Shown here: in pieces, positions 1 to 17,213 of the stretch
Position numbering within the stretch: position 1 is the stretch's first letter
Layout: each line of letters begins with the position of its first letter
From: Bigelowiella natans CCMP2755
Lineage: Eukaryota > Protista > Cercozoa
Length of the DNA: 64,000 bases
Assembly: GCA_000320545.1 (NCBI GenBank)
Contig: ADNK01000879.1
Location: 21,063 to 85,062, forward strand
Direction of reading: 5' to 3'
The notes under the pieces: generated by a model
What the model was told of the DNA's origin: nothing
What the model saw: only the letters and a program-made list of their open reading frames with translations
The model's database searches: none
Made by a program: the position numbers and the translations under genes

Positions 1-611
1 CGTCAATTCACACAGATGTATGTTGAGAGGAATTTTGCCACATCAGAAAGGACAGCAACATGAATGTGTCTGTTTTTTTTATATATTCGACGGAATTCTC
101 TTGCAAACATGGACCGGAACCCCCAAGCGCGACCACACATGATGTGCCACCAGCAGCCAACCACGTGGTGTTGAACATGAAAAGGATGTCACATGCTGCG
201 CTCGACCTGCAGAGTGGTAGGGGGGAGGACGACCACGGACGTGGAGTGGTGATTGACGTTGATGAATGCACCTAGCATCAGAGGGCAGAGAGGTCAGAAT
301 TCGCTGGTCTCACTGCAGGGTAGGGGAATCACCTTGCTGCGATTACGACGTGTCTGGGAGGGGGTCTGCCTCTTCTGTTTTCGCGCGACACATCGAGTGA
401 GAAATCAAGTTGTCGCAGGATGAAAACGGGATGCCCTCAGGTTGTCGCAGTGGGGAAAAACATCATTTGTCAATCGCGCTCGGCTGGCCCTTGTTGGAGA
501 AAGAAAGATTGGTCTCTCTCCAGATCCAATGGAGATTGAAGTGAAACTTGGTGCCCTCACAGGAGTTTCCTAATCTTCGGACACTATCGGACACTTACGG
601 GCAATAATGCT

Positions 612-1720
612 CTCTCTCCGGGGATTCGCCGCAGGGAGAGTGAGTCTCCGTGAAGATCTTCACACGTGACTCCAAAACAGAGTCCATGAGTGGATCTTTC
701 GACGCGAAAAGGAAGACGATGATGAAAGAATCTCTGGCGGGAGAAGTTCGAAAGCACAGGTACTCATCCTGCGAGGCTTGCGTTCGGGAGCTTGACTCTT
801 TGTCATGCTCTCAGCGTTCTGAGGCATGGGGAAATGAGGTGGACTCCATTGGCAACCAATCGAGAAATTGAGGGAGAAGGAGAACAAGCTGAATGACCGA
901 CTTGCGCGATTTGAACAATGCACAATGAACAATGAACAATGACAGCAAACCACGTTTCCAAAATGCAACAAGACGTTTGCAGTTGTGCGAAACGCAGTGC
1001 CTCGAGCTGAACCTAGCTAGCTAGCGAGGTCTGATTTTGGGCACGACACAATCATCGACGCCATGACAATGCTTTGAACAATTTTGCTCTGAAGGAAAGT
1101 TTGCGAAGGAGGAGCTTGATGAGAAAACAAAGAAAGTGGAAGCAAGTGGCTGAAACTCAAAAGGAAATCCAGGAAACAAAGGCAGAACTGAAGGAAATGA
1201 CAAATTCGAGGAGGCAGCCGGTGATGTGTTTTTGTTGACACCTGAGGAACAATCGGTCATCATTGTTCATTGTTCATTGTTCGGTGTGCTGCTGGCATGC
1301 ACAGCAGCGCGTTGAAAGCGCACCACGGGCCCTGCAACACAATGCACACCAGAGCTGGAGCGGTGCTCAATCATCAACGCGCACCACAACAGACTAGCAG
1401 ATGCTGGCCAATGAATGCGATGTGCAAAATGACGTGCAGCAAACAGCACGTTGCTGACAATGCCTGCCATGCTGGCATGCAATGCCACCTGCAAGTGTGA
1501 TGATGACTTGCAGCGTGGAGACACTCGTGCTTGCGTGCGAACAGGTGTGACAAACTGTTGTTCAAGTTGAAGAGAATTCCACCATCGCGCGCATCGCAGG
1601 TGAGGCGGACGGAGACGCGACGGTTGAAGTGCAAGCCGTCGCAGTTTGCCACAAGCGGCAACCCGGAAGAATCGGAAGCTGGGGGCTCTTTGGCGACGAT
1701 CGGATCGGAGGAAATGAAAT
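612..1720. other. TpA-depleted island over degenerate repeat/coding-like relic (probable TE remnant)
   Basis: By-eye count: 5 TpA in 661-1720, 4 of them in CTAG. Contains a segment repeated at 30722-30805 and broken K/E-rich reading frames. No recognisable domain. Confidence 0.55.
926..1010 (+). repeat. Dispersed ~85 bp repeat, copy A
   Basis: tgaacaatgaacaatgaca...tttccaaaatgcaacaagacgtttgcagt...cgaaacgcagtgcctcga aligns in the same orientation with 30722-30805. Confidence 0.9.
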
Positions 1721-1881
1721 GAAAATTAAATTTGAAACAGCTGGGGTTTCATGGGTGCGACAAAGATTTTTCTTGTCGCTTCTTTCCTCTTCATCTCAAT
1801 CCAATTGCAAAGCAAACAACGAACCGACGATCCAACAGTTGTCTCCAGCACCAGCACAGCACAGCACAGCACAACAGCACG

Positions 1882-3044
1882 ATGATGAGGATGCAGCAGC
1901 AGCAGCGCCTGGCAAGGCGAGCGATCTGCTGCCGTAAGGGGGGGTCGATTTCCCTGCACGTCGCTCCTCCTCATCATCATTATCATTCTCCTCCTTCATT
2001 ACGGTTCGTGTGTTTCAGCTTCGCCCGTCTATGCGCTGTGGATGTAGATAGATGTACAGGAAGAGGAAGAGTAGGAAAGACTCCCTACTCCCTTGTCCTG
2101 ATCCCTTGTCCTGATCGAATGTGCATGGGTGTCCTTTTCTAGGTACGCTAAGACCCTGACCATCAAAGTTGCCAATTCCCCACCGACACCATCTTCGCTG
2201 CATTGTCAAACGGTCAGGAGAGCTGCACTTACCCCGGCCTACATTTCTTCGTCTGCTTCCACCTCCTCCTCCTCCTCCTCATCATCATCATCATCATTAT
2301 CATCATTATCTTCGTCTTCGTCGTCTTCATCATCATTAAGAAGTGGTCCCTCAATATTACCGCTGTTCGGATCGAGGTCCAATTCCTCGAAGCCGCTCCT
2401 CGTGAAAAGATCATCATTGTTCTGTACAGCAGACGATGTTGGTCATCGCAATGGAGGCAATCGTTACAGAACGGGGCGTGTTCTTCGTAATTCCTTTTTC
2501 GCCAGATCTCCAGCTTCTTCTTGTTCTTCTCCTTGTTCTTCTTCTTCCTTCTCTGCATCCCTTTCCAGCTCGGCAGGTCATTCGCACTCCCCTCCCACAA
2601 ATGTGCATGCATGCATCATAGTTACAAAAAATTACATCCATCTTCCACCCCCTCTCCCCTCCCTTTTCATCTTTCAGGGCAGCAAGCGGCGCTCAGAGTT
2701 GTCCTCGTGGGGCGGCCGAACACGGGAAAGTCTTCTCTGTTTAACGCCCTTATGGCTGAGGATGACAGGAGCGGCGACGTCGATGAAAAGCGAGGTCAGT
2801 GTTACACTAATTCTCGTCGTGGTAATAAGAAATGAGACACCGTGACAAGCAATATCATCGTTATCATGATCATTTTGTAATTGTCATCGTTGTCTTCGTA
2901 GCCGTGCAAAGCTTTAAATCCGCGGTCGTGTCTTCGATCCCAGGAACTACGAGGTGGGCCAGAAGAGTGATCACGGAGGGAGGGAGAGAAGGAAGAAGAG
3001 GGAGACGCAACCTCTTTGCATTGCCATCTTCTTCCTCTCTTTCT

Positions 3045-3082
<38 letters not shown>

Positions 3083-3912
3083 TCTCTGCCCTTCTAGCTA
3101 ATCGGCAATTAACGCTGATACCCTAGTCATAATAATAACATACACACCACCACCCATATTGCTATATTCTCTATTCTTGGTATGATGACGATGGCAAGGG
3201 ACTATAAGGAAGGCAGCTTAGCCTGGAAGGGAGCCCGAATACAGATCGTCGATACTGGTGATATCATTAACGTAATCGGATATTCTTCGGGAGAACAACG
3301 GTGGATTTTTGTCCCACGAAGTCTTTTGCTTGTTTTTTGTCCTTTCCTAACCTTTGCCCCCTCCCCCCTTTGTTTTCTCCAGGTGGTCTGGAAGTTGGTG
3401 ATACGCCAGATAATCCAAAGTAAGTATCTGCATCTTGAAACTGCAGCAAGCTACGTCAACGTACAGATTGCAGTGGGAAAACGCGCACGATTTCCACCTA
3501 TCTCAGACAGAAATCGTAGGAGTATTTAATGCTGCAAAATTGATGAGATCCGTGCGCAATCACATAGCATCTTCTTCATGATATCAATTATCCATGCTGC
3601 TGCTGCTGCTGCTGCTACAGTTGTAATAAAATTACTGGGGGGAGGAGGAAAGGAAGATGAAAAAGCGTTATCGAGTTATGCTGCGGATGTGATCAGTAGC
3701 GAGTTCTTCTTTTGATGAGACTGCCGTTGTTAAAGTGCGTTTTTGTTTCTTCCCTCTTGTTTCGTATTGTACGAACATTTCCTCCTTCGATCATGCTGGT
3801 GCATTCATTACCATACACGTGCAAAGCAACCTCTCTGCCGAGATGATAACGGAGATACGCCAGCAGTGCCAGGTTTTTTCCCAGTAATCGGCTATGATGC
3901 AAAGATTTACCG

Positions 3913-3944
<32 letters not shown>

Positions 3945-3958
3945 TATACATACCAACA

Positions 3959-3993
<35 letters not shown>

Positions 3994-6045
3994 TCCTGAG
4001 CTCGGGAATATTATGGCCTGGCTTCTGAAATCTCCCCCCTCCCCCCCCCTCCCATCCGCAGGTGGCGCTCGAGAAAGCGGACGTGATACTTGTCGTGTGC
4101 GAGGCACATCGTCAAGGGTAATAATGGAAGGAAAAGATATCAAATAAAAACAAACCAAAAAACCCAACGACGGCTACGGTCTAAAGAGAGCCTGCTCTGA
4201 TCTGCTTCTCCTCCTCCTCCTCCTCCTCCTCCTCCTCTTCTCAGGGTCCATCCAACCGATAAGGAGATCATCATGCAGCTTCGACGCAAGATACCAAATA
4301 GTGGCAGCCTACCACCATCTTCATCACCTTCCTCCTTCCCCTCACCATCGTCATCCTCGTCGTCATCATCAACAACAACTCCACGGGACAATGCCAGTCG
4401 TCCAAAGGTCCCGTGCATGCTTTGGAATTGGGGGATGGGGAGGGAAGGACGCACAATATATCAACACGCATCGATGTGCTCGAAATGTCCTCCTTCGTAT
4501 TCTCTTTCTCCTTCACCAAAGAAACATCGTGCCGTGCGTACACACGTTCTCACGCACACCCCCCTCCTACTTGCTCCTTCCCTCCCTCCCCTTCAAGATC
4601 CAACTCGTCGTTAACAAAGTGGACAACGAAGCAAAGCAGCTCATGGTAGGAAGGAGGAGGGGGAGTAAGGGGGAGGCAGATCTCTCTCCCTCTCCCTCTC
4701 TCTCTCTCTCCCTCCCTCTCTTTGTATGTGCGTGTCTATCTCCTTCCTTCCTTTCTCTCCTATATTTCTTTTCTATGCCCGCGTGCATGTACGTACGTGC
4801 TTGTGTGAAGATGTATAGGTGTGTGTATATTATTCCATGCATCATCGTATGATTAGCAGACGGCTAGTAGAAGTAGTAGCAGTAGTTGTAGCCAGCAGCA
4901 GCAGCAGCAGTAGCATTAGCTGATAAAAATTATATCTTTACGTCGTTCCCACCGTCGGCAGTACTATGAATTCTTCGAGCTATCACGCTTTGGGGTGGGA
5001 GACCCAATGCCCGTCTCTGCGTCCAAACGGAGGAATTTGAGCTTGCTTCTCGACGTGCTGTGTGAGGAGGCCCGACACCACGAAACAACAGCAACCTCGT
5101 CAACGACTACTCCTCCCTCACCAACACATACCAGGACGCAATTAGCAGCAGCAGCCATCGACCCCCCCCCCAAGGGTGAGGGTGAAGAGCCGCCCCCCCC
5201 CCCCCCCTGTGCTCAATATAGCAATCGTTGGGAGGGCAAACGCTGGTAAGTCGGCAGTAGTAGAGGCAGGGATTAGTACAGTAGCTTGGATGTCGTATGT
5301 ACACGCACACGCACACGTAAATAGTAAAAACGTATCGTGGTCCTCCCTGTAGGGAAATCGACGCTTTTGAATCGTATTCTTGGAAGACAGAGAGCTATCG
5401 TTAAGGTGGTAGTAGTAAAAGTAGGATACGAGGAAAGAGGAGGAAGAGGAGGAGAGGGAGGCATATCCGTGGTTTCGTTTCGCTGCTGCTGCAACCATAC
5501 GTTGGTACGAATAAAGAGCAACGGTGATGCGTATCTATTCACCGATGATGATGATGATGATGAATGATGATACTCATCCCCATCACCACCCCCGTCGTCT
5601 ACTTTATTGTCCTCTGCTGGGCGAACGCACGCAGGATATGCCAGGCACAACAAGGGACACGATTGCGGAGACCACCACCTACAAAGGTTTGTGCGCTGGA
5701 GAGTGGGAACGATGATGAGGATAACGATTGAAACAACAGCGAGGTCAATGCGTACAAAAGAGCGATGATTCTTCGTAAGCGACCAGCAGCCAAGCCGTTT
5801 GATGGGCAGTTACCGTTCGCCGATATACATATGTCTGACATAGTATCAACATCATTCGTGTGCACGCAGGTGCGGAGATAAACGTGATTGACACTGCCGG
5901 TTTGAAGGGGAAGATGAAGCTTGACCTCTTTTCGTCATCATCATCACCATTGCGACAACAGAGGGGAGGAGGCGCAGCTTCGCCTCGAGATAAGCCAGGT
6001 CAGATGCTGCTCTACCCGTTAATACTGGAAAACTTACGTGTACTG

Positions 6046-6076
<31 letters not shown>

Positions 6077-7543
6077 GACTATCTTTTGAAGTTAAAGTTG
6101 GTTTCTTTCTTTCTTTGCTCGTCTGTTTGTGTGGCCGTGTTATCCACTCCTTCTCCTCCTCCTCCTCCTCCTCCTCCTCCTCCTAACGAAGGTATTCCTG
6201 GAGGGCCAACGAAGAAGTAAGCATTCACGTAGTAGTAAATGTAGTAGCAGTGTTTTGCTAAGATGCCGGGTATACGCAGCAGCAGCAGCCTTAATATGCT
6301 GGCAGGGGCTTTGACTTCTGCCAGTAGCGATGAAAATACTGAAACGATGTAATCATGCCTTTCGTATTCTTTCAGCAGCTGTTTCAATCGATCGTTGGCT
6401 ATTGTGTTCTTCTACAATATCACCCGTCTATCATCTGTATTTACAGTTACTGTTGTTGTTGCTGTTGCCGCGCATCAATGCGTGCACAACAACACACGCG
6501 CATATTGCACACAACCCTCCATTCTAGGGAAAAGAGGCGAAAGCTGACTCGTGGAGATAAGGCTGCTGTACAACGTCAGCGATTTAAGGTACTTGTTCTT
6601 GCAGGTGTTCTTCTAGCAGACTCTCACCGTTTGAATAGAATTAAGATCCCCCCCCCCCCCCCCTCTTCGACTTAATTATTTATGTCACATGTATGATGGT
6701 CTCTACCATCCACTCCATTCTCGTCACCTAACGTCTCGAGCCGACGTTCCTATCGATCGTTATGCAGGAAATAGAAGCTCGGAAAGAGGAGATCCGTCAG
6801 TGGGACCAGCAACAGGTAGTAGTAGTAGTAGTAGTTGTTGTTGTTGTTGGTGCAGTAGTAGCAGCAGTAGTAGTAGAAGTAGTAGTAGCAGTAGTGGTTC
6901 TAATCGGTTCTCCAAGTAACCGGGCTGGGTACTGCTACTGAAATCTTAAAAAGATGCACTCCATGTAATCTCAAGAGTTGGAAGCAAGAAAAATCGCCCT
7001 AGTCTTTTTAAATCGCGCGCACTCTGTCGCGGGATGTATAACGGACTTCCCCCCCCCCCCCCCCCACCTCCTCACTGCACGCAGGCTTTGGAGGAGAAGA
7101 AGCGCCGAGCTGAAGAGAATTTGGACAGTGAGGATGATCTTGACGCCTACACGCTTATCCGTACAAAGAGAGCGATCATCAATGTAAACGAACGCCACCC
7201 GCTCAGCATGAAGAAGAAGAAGAAAAAAAGGAGAACACCGCAATAATTTTCATCATGCTGCTACACACTTGACGCACGAGGATTCGTGCATGGTTCCATA
7301 ATTGTAGGTGGATATAGCAGAAGTACAGCTGTGTTTTAGAAATGGAGAGGGAATGATGATGATGATGATGATGATGTTGATGATGATAGGGACATTATTT
7401 GTGTGCTTTCGTGCAGGCCGACGTTGTGGTAGTTGTGGTGGACGCAATGGGAGAGTCTCCTTTCTCCATGAGAGACGTGCATGCGATCAGCTTCATCATT
7501 AAGCAGGTGGGGAAATATTTGTTAATGCAGCGGGTACTTAGTA

Positions 7544-7588
<45 letters not shown>

Positions 7589-8400
7589 GTTTGTCGTCCA
7601 TCCATCCATCCATCCTCATCATCATCCTCATCATCATTAATCATCATCATCATCATCATCATTAATCATCATCATTTATCATTAATCATTCATCATCACC
7701 ATCGTCAATATCGCTCCAAGGGGTGCAAGGTGGTCGTTGCCGTGAACAAGATGGATGAAGCGTCGCTTGACCTGCGCGAATACACTGATTGGCTGCGCTC
7801 GCGGACGCAAGGTGGGAGGCGCAGCTTGTGAGTAATGAAGAATAGGGAGCAGAACGAGATTGGAGAGACCTATCATCAGATAGTCTGATGTTCATGCTAC
7901 TACTTGCTACTTCTCCTCCTCAGGTTTCCTCTCCGCTAGGATGTTGCGCGTTGTAGAGCTTTCAGGTGGTTGCGTGCTCTTGCAGGAATCTTTCCACCTG
8001 GCTTAGAAAATGACCCGAAAACGTCACAATTATTTCAAGATCTTGTGACGACGGTGCTATCGATGGCATCATCTATCACAGCCGTTCGTATACACGAAAA
8101 CCTCGGCACATTTGTTTTTAATCTTCATTTGTAATCGGCCGTTTCATGAACTGTGACATTTTTTTTCCTTCGTGTGATGCTCTGATGACGTACATAATGC
8201 ATCTACTAGCTTTCATTTCTATTGTTTGCCTCCGGCATTAAAATGCCGACGTTCTCATCTAGCCATCCCAGTGATGATGTTCTGTGATGACCCTACTACC
8301 AGCGAAACGTGGATGGGGTGTGTCCGAGCTCATCAATGCGTGCCGCAAACAGCATCAACTGGCAATGACCATCAAAGGAGACGACAATGGGTGCAGTTAG
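1882..8400 (+). CDS. der: Der/EngA double-GTPase ribosome biogenesis factor, multi-exon, probably organelle-targeted
   Basis: GD1: VVLVGRPNTGKSSLFN (~2700), VSSIPGTTR|DY, IVDTG|G, VVNKVD (~4610), PVSA. GD2: IAIVGRANA|GKSTLLN (5220-5375), MPGTTRD (5638), IDTAG (5890), VAVNKMD (7740), ELS|AKRGWGVSEL then stop TAG 8398-8400. Start codon uncertain. Confidence 0.9.
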
Positions 8401-9525
8401 TTACTAGAGTTAATTGTTAATTGTGCTGCGACTACTCAGTGAATCGGTCTTCGGTTAAACCATAGCAGAATGTCGGGCCCAGTCATGACGTATCGATCAG
8501 TTCTATCTTATTCGTCAACGTGTTCGCATATCTAGATATGCTCGTTTTATGTACGCGTATGTTGCACATATTCTAGATATTGTGCGTCCGTACCAGAGCA
8601 TTACAACTGAGCGCTCAGGCTGTAAATGCACCGCTAGACCTGACCGTTTCGCACTTGCCGTACGATACGCGACAGCACAATAATTCTAGTGGCCAACACG
8701 TTCAGTGAACATGGACACAATGTTTCCCCGAGGCATTAGCATGTCGCCTATACTAGTATAGCTGCTGCCCCAATTGTAGAAACAACAAACATTAATTAGG
8801 CTATATGTAGCTATGTATGCTGGTATGGCTGCGTGGCGGAGCACATACTCGGCATCATAAATCCCTGATCACGAATCTATATATAGATATGCGTTCGTAG
8901 CCTTTCATGCGCGGGCTATCTAGCTATACGGCATGTTATGACCAATATGTGTATTGTGTACATGAGTGTTGAGTGAATGAGCTGTATCAATGACAATGCG
9001 CTCGCATCGTAACTTACACGAGTCGTAGGCTAATGCATGGCCACACATCTACACCACTTGCGAATGTCTAGATGTGTGCAATGAGCTGCTTCCTCCTTGT
9101 TTGCATGTAGCATCCATCCATCATTATCATTATTATTACACACGAGCACATAGAGCCATTCGGGTCATTGGCCGGCATCCATCGGTGGGAAAGCAAAATC
9201 ATGATAAAAGGTTATGATGTGCATGTGCATAAGATCTTACAGAGGCGCGTGTTTTCCTCTCGATGACGTACGTTGCGCTCGCCTCTAAAGCCTACGCTAC
9301 GTTGTTTGGTCCTCAGAGCACCCTTCACTGACAGGGGAGACTCATCACAAAAAGGAGATTCCACCACCTCATCCGTGCGCTCGTGTCGTTTAGTCGCCAA
9401 ACCAAAAACGTCCTGTCGCGGTTATAATTTTTGAACGCCGTTCCAGTCCTCCTCCGCCTCCTCCTCTGAATCATGAAGTTGCACGTAGTAGCACATACAT
9501 TCTTCTTCTTCTTCTTCTTCTTCTT

Positions 9526-14565
<5,040 letters not shown>

Positions 14566-15432
14566 AGCGATTGCGACGGAGACCGAAAATGCAATTGGTA
14601 GTATTCAGAAGCACAGTCTTGGAAAAGCGGGGACGACAGTGTGCTAACGACGTTATTTCCACATTTACGACATGGAATATTAATCATACCCTCTACATAA
14701 CTCAGGCAATCTTGATCTACAGACAGCCGGATCTTGTTGTTGAAATTCTCATCCGTGCAACTTCAGACTTAAGAATCCTCATCGAGGGTGGCGCTGGAGA
14801 GAACGAGCAATACATTTAGCCCCATAAACCTAAAAATTCTTTTGACGTAAGAAAATAATGAAGGTCTCCCTGGCGAAAACTATCTACGCCTTCACGAACC
14901 AAGCTAAACCGCTCTTAGATTTCAGCTGGAGGATTGAGGCGTATTTAGACTAAAATAAAGCGCATTGGGGGAGTCGCATGAGCAAAACAAAGGGGTTCCA
15001 CCCATTACTCCCCAGCTGAACACCCATCGATTATCCTTTGGATTAGAGAAAATCGAAATATCGGGCTGTATCGGGTAAATTACATCCATAAGATATCTCT
15101 GAATGCTTCTCGTAGAAAAATTGTATAATTGGGTGCGACAATATCATTATGCATGTCGTAGCATATGGAAAGGTCCTATTTCGTAGAAATCCTGAAATCC
15201 TCAAATGCCCAGCTCCCATCTTCTTCTCGTCCAAGAGCATGACTTGATTCACCGCATGTAGTGCATGTGATGATGATGATTCCCAGTTCGTCACAGCCTA
15301 TTTTTTGACATCAACTGAATTTTGTATGATCTGTGCTGGCACACGCATTTCAAGCCGAAAAGGGCTGCGTTCGTTCTGTGCGTGTTACTTGGATGACAAC
15401 CGGAACGGAAGGGCGAAGCAAAGTTCACGTGA

Positions 15433-17213
15433 ATGTATTTGCTGGAGTGGCTCGTTAGCGACGCAATCAAGTGTGTCATAGCCGCAGGATGTGTCGTCTA
15501 TGCAATTCTATATAAGAACCCGAAAAAGAAACTGCAGCTCCCACGAAACGTGAACCTCGTTTTATCCATCATCCTCACAGCGTTCTACATTGTAAGCCAT
15601 GATGAACTTTATTATCATTACGCCAAAGAAAGAATGGAGAGTGTCAATAGATCCTCGTTTCAATTATCTTGCTATGATGTAATCATAAGAGTATTATTAT
15701 ATGAAAAGGGAGCCCGTGAACCATTCTACTTTGGATGGCAAGCATACGTTATCCTCGCCGACACCATTGCGGTGAGGAAGGACGAAAACTTCTTGCTAAT
15801 CTTTTGCATTCAATACATGAACGACATTTTTGGTAATTAACTTCATGTTGTCTTGGTCGCAGATTTTGGCAGCTGGGCTCGTGCTGGTGATACTCCAAAT
15901 TATATCATGCTTTGATTCTTTTAATGATGAAACTACCATTAGTACTTCAGCGTGTTGCTTGCGAATGCACGGTACGAAGCATCTATGTGCACGGAGCATA
16001 TTTCGGCTGTTCCATTTAGGATCATTCTCGGGAGTAAACGAAATATTTGCTTTCTCTTTTTCACAAGTAGTGAATGGTTTTCTTTACTCTCAGTAATCGT
16101 CTGTGACACTCTCTTATCTTTCGTCGCAATGATCGGTAAATGACTCATCAATGCTATCGACAACTTCCTTCATTTTCTATGCTGCCTTACTCCTCTCGTT
16201 CTTTCTGCGTCTATTTTCCTTCAGGATCACTCGTCGCCAACCGAATATTCTGGAATGCTTTCCGACACATCGGTGTAGTGTTCGGCTTGACAACAGGAGG
16301 TGGAGTATGGCAATGGTCATTGTATCGCCTTGGTCGTCTCTTGAAAGAATCCAGCAAGAAAGTTGAAAAAAGGAGTACGAATATATTAACTCCTCGAAGA
16401 GTGCCATGTGAGCGGGGATCAGAGGAGAATGGAACCTCAAACTTTGATTTTATGAAGCAACAACAACAGCAACAACCAAGCAGCCGTGCTCATAGACCTG
16501 CAAAAAAAAGGGTGATACACGCACCACCTGTGCGACCGAATGCAGCATCTTGCCTCCCTACTACCCAGGACTCCTACTACCCTACTCTATCAACAGCGAC
16601 ATCAGCCGTGACCTCTGTGATGAACAATAGTGCTGAATCGAAGCTCGGTGGCGGAGCTGTCAACTCTGAGTCCGAAGTGGATAGGCCAGGGCTAAGTGTT
16701 CGTATAGGTGATATCACCCCTGAGGAAGGAGGCAGCGCCCAAGACCTGTATGGCCATCAACGGAAACAGCAGCAGCAACATCAACAGCATCAGCGTCAGC
16801 ATTCGTTAAAACACGCAGGTACCGCAAGTGGGATGACCAGGAGTCGGCTTTCTTCCGTAGAGCTTCAACGCGGACTGCGAGAGAGCAAAGAGGGATGCGG
16901 AGGGAGCAACAAAGGAACTGTGGTGGAGTTCCAAGAGTTTCACCTCGACCTTACAGATGGAGAGAAGGAAAAGCTTCGCAAGGATAACAGGGCTCTACGA
17001 CGGCTGTGCTGGCTTAATTCGATTGGAATCCTATTCATCGTTATCATCGTCGTGCTCGCCGGCTACGTTGGGACCCTACAGATTATGTCGGACCAAAGGT
17101 TCTCCGAATACTTGGACGAGTTGAACCGAGAATACGACCTAGCCGTTGACATCTCAAACTACATCCCACTCTTGGCCAACTGGTACTTTCTTTACTACAC
17201 GTCTCCAAAGTGA
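15433..17213 (+). CDS. Multi-pass membrane protein with long low-complexity loop before last TM segments (GPCR-like topology possible)
   Basis: Several hydrophobic exons in 15433-16320, then an open frame to 17213 with a Q/S-rich loop and TM stretch LNSIGILFIVIIVVLAGYVG. 5' end uncertain. Confidence 0.55.

Noticed and set aside
912-945. CRISPR or telomeric array
   Set aside because: Only 3-4 heptamer units, no spacers and no telomere-type motif.
661-1720. CpG-methylation decay or classical RIP as cause of TG/CA richness
   Set aside because: CpG remains plentiful and TpA is depleted. RIP would create TpA, and CpG decay would remove CG without removing TA.
7966-7986. Possible ~20 nt nucleomorph-style mini-intron in der
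   Set aside because: The acceptor at 8302 gives the proper G5 motif (SAKRGWGV), so a normal-length intron fits better.
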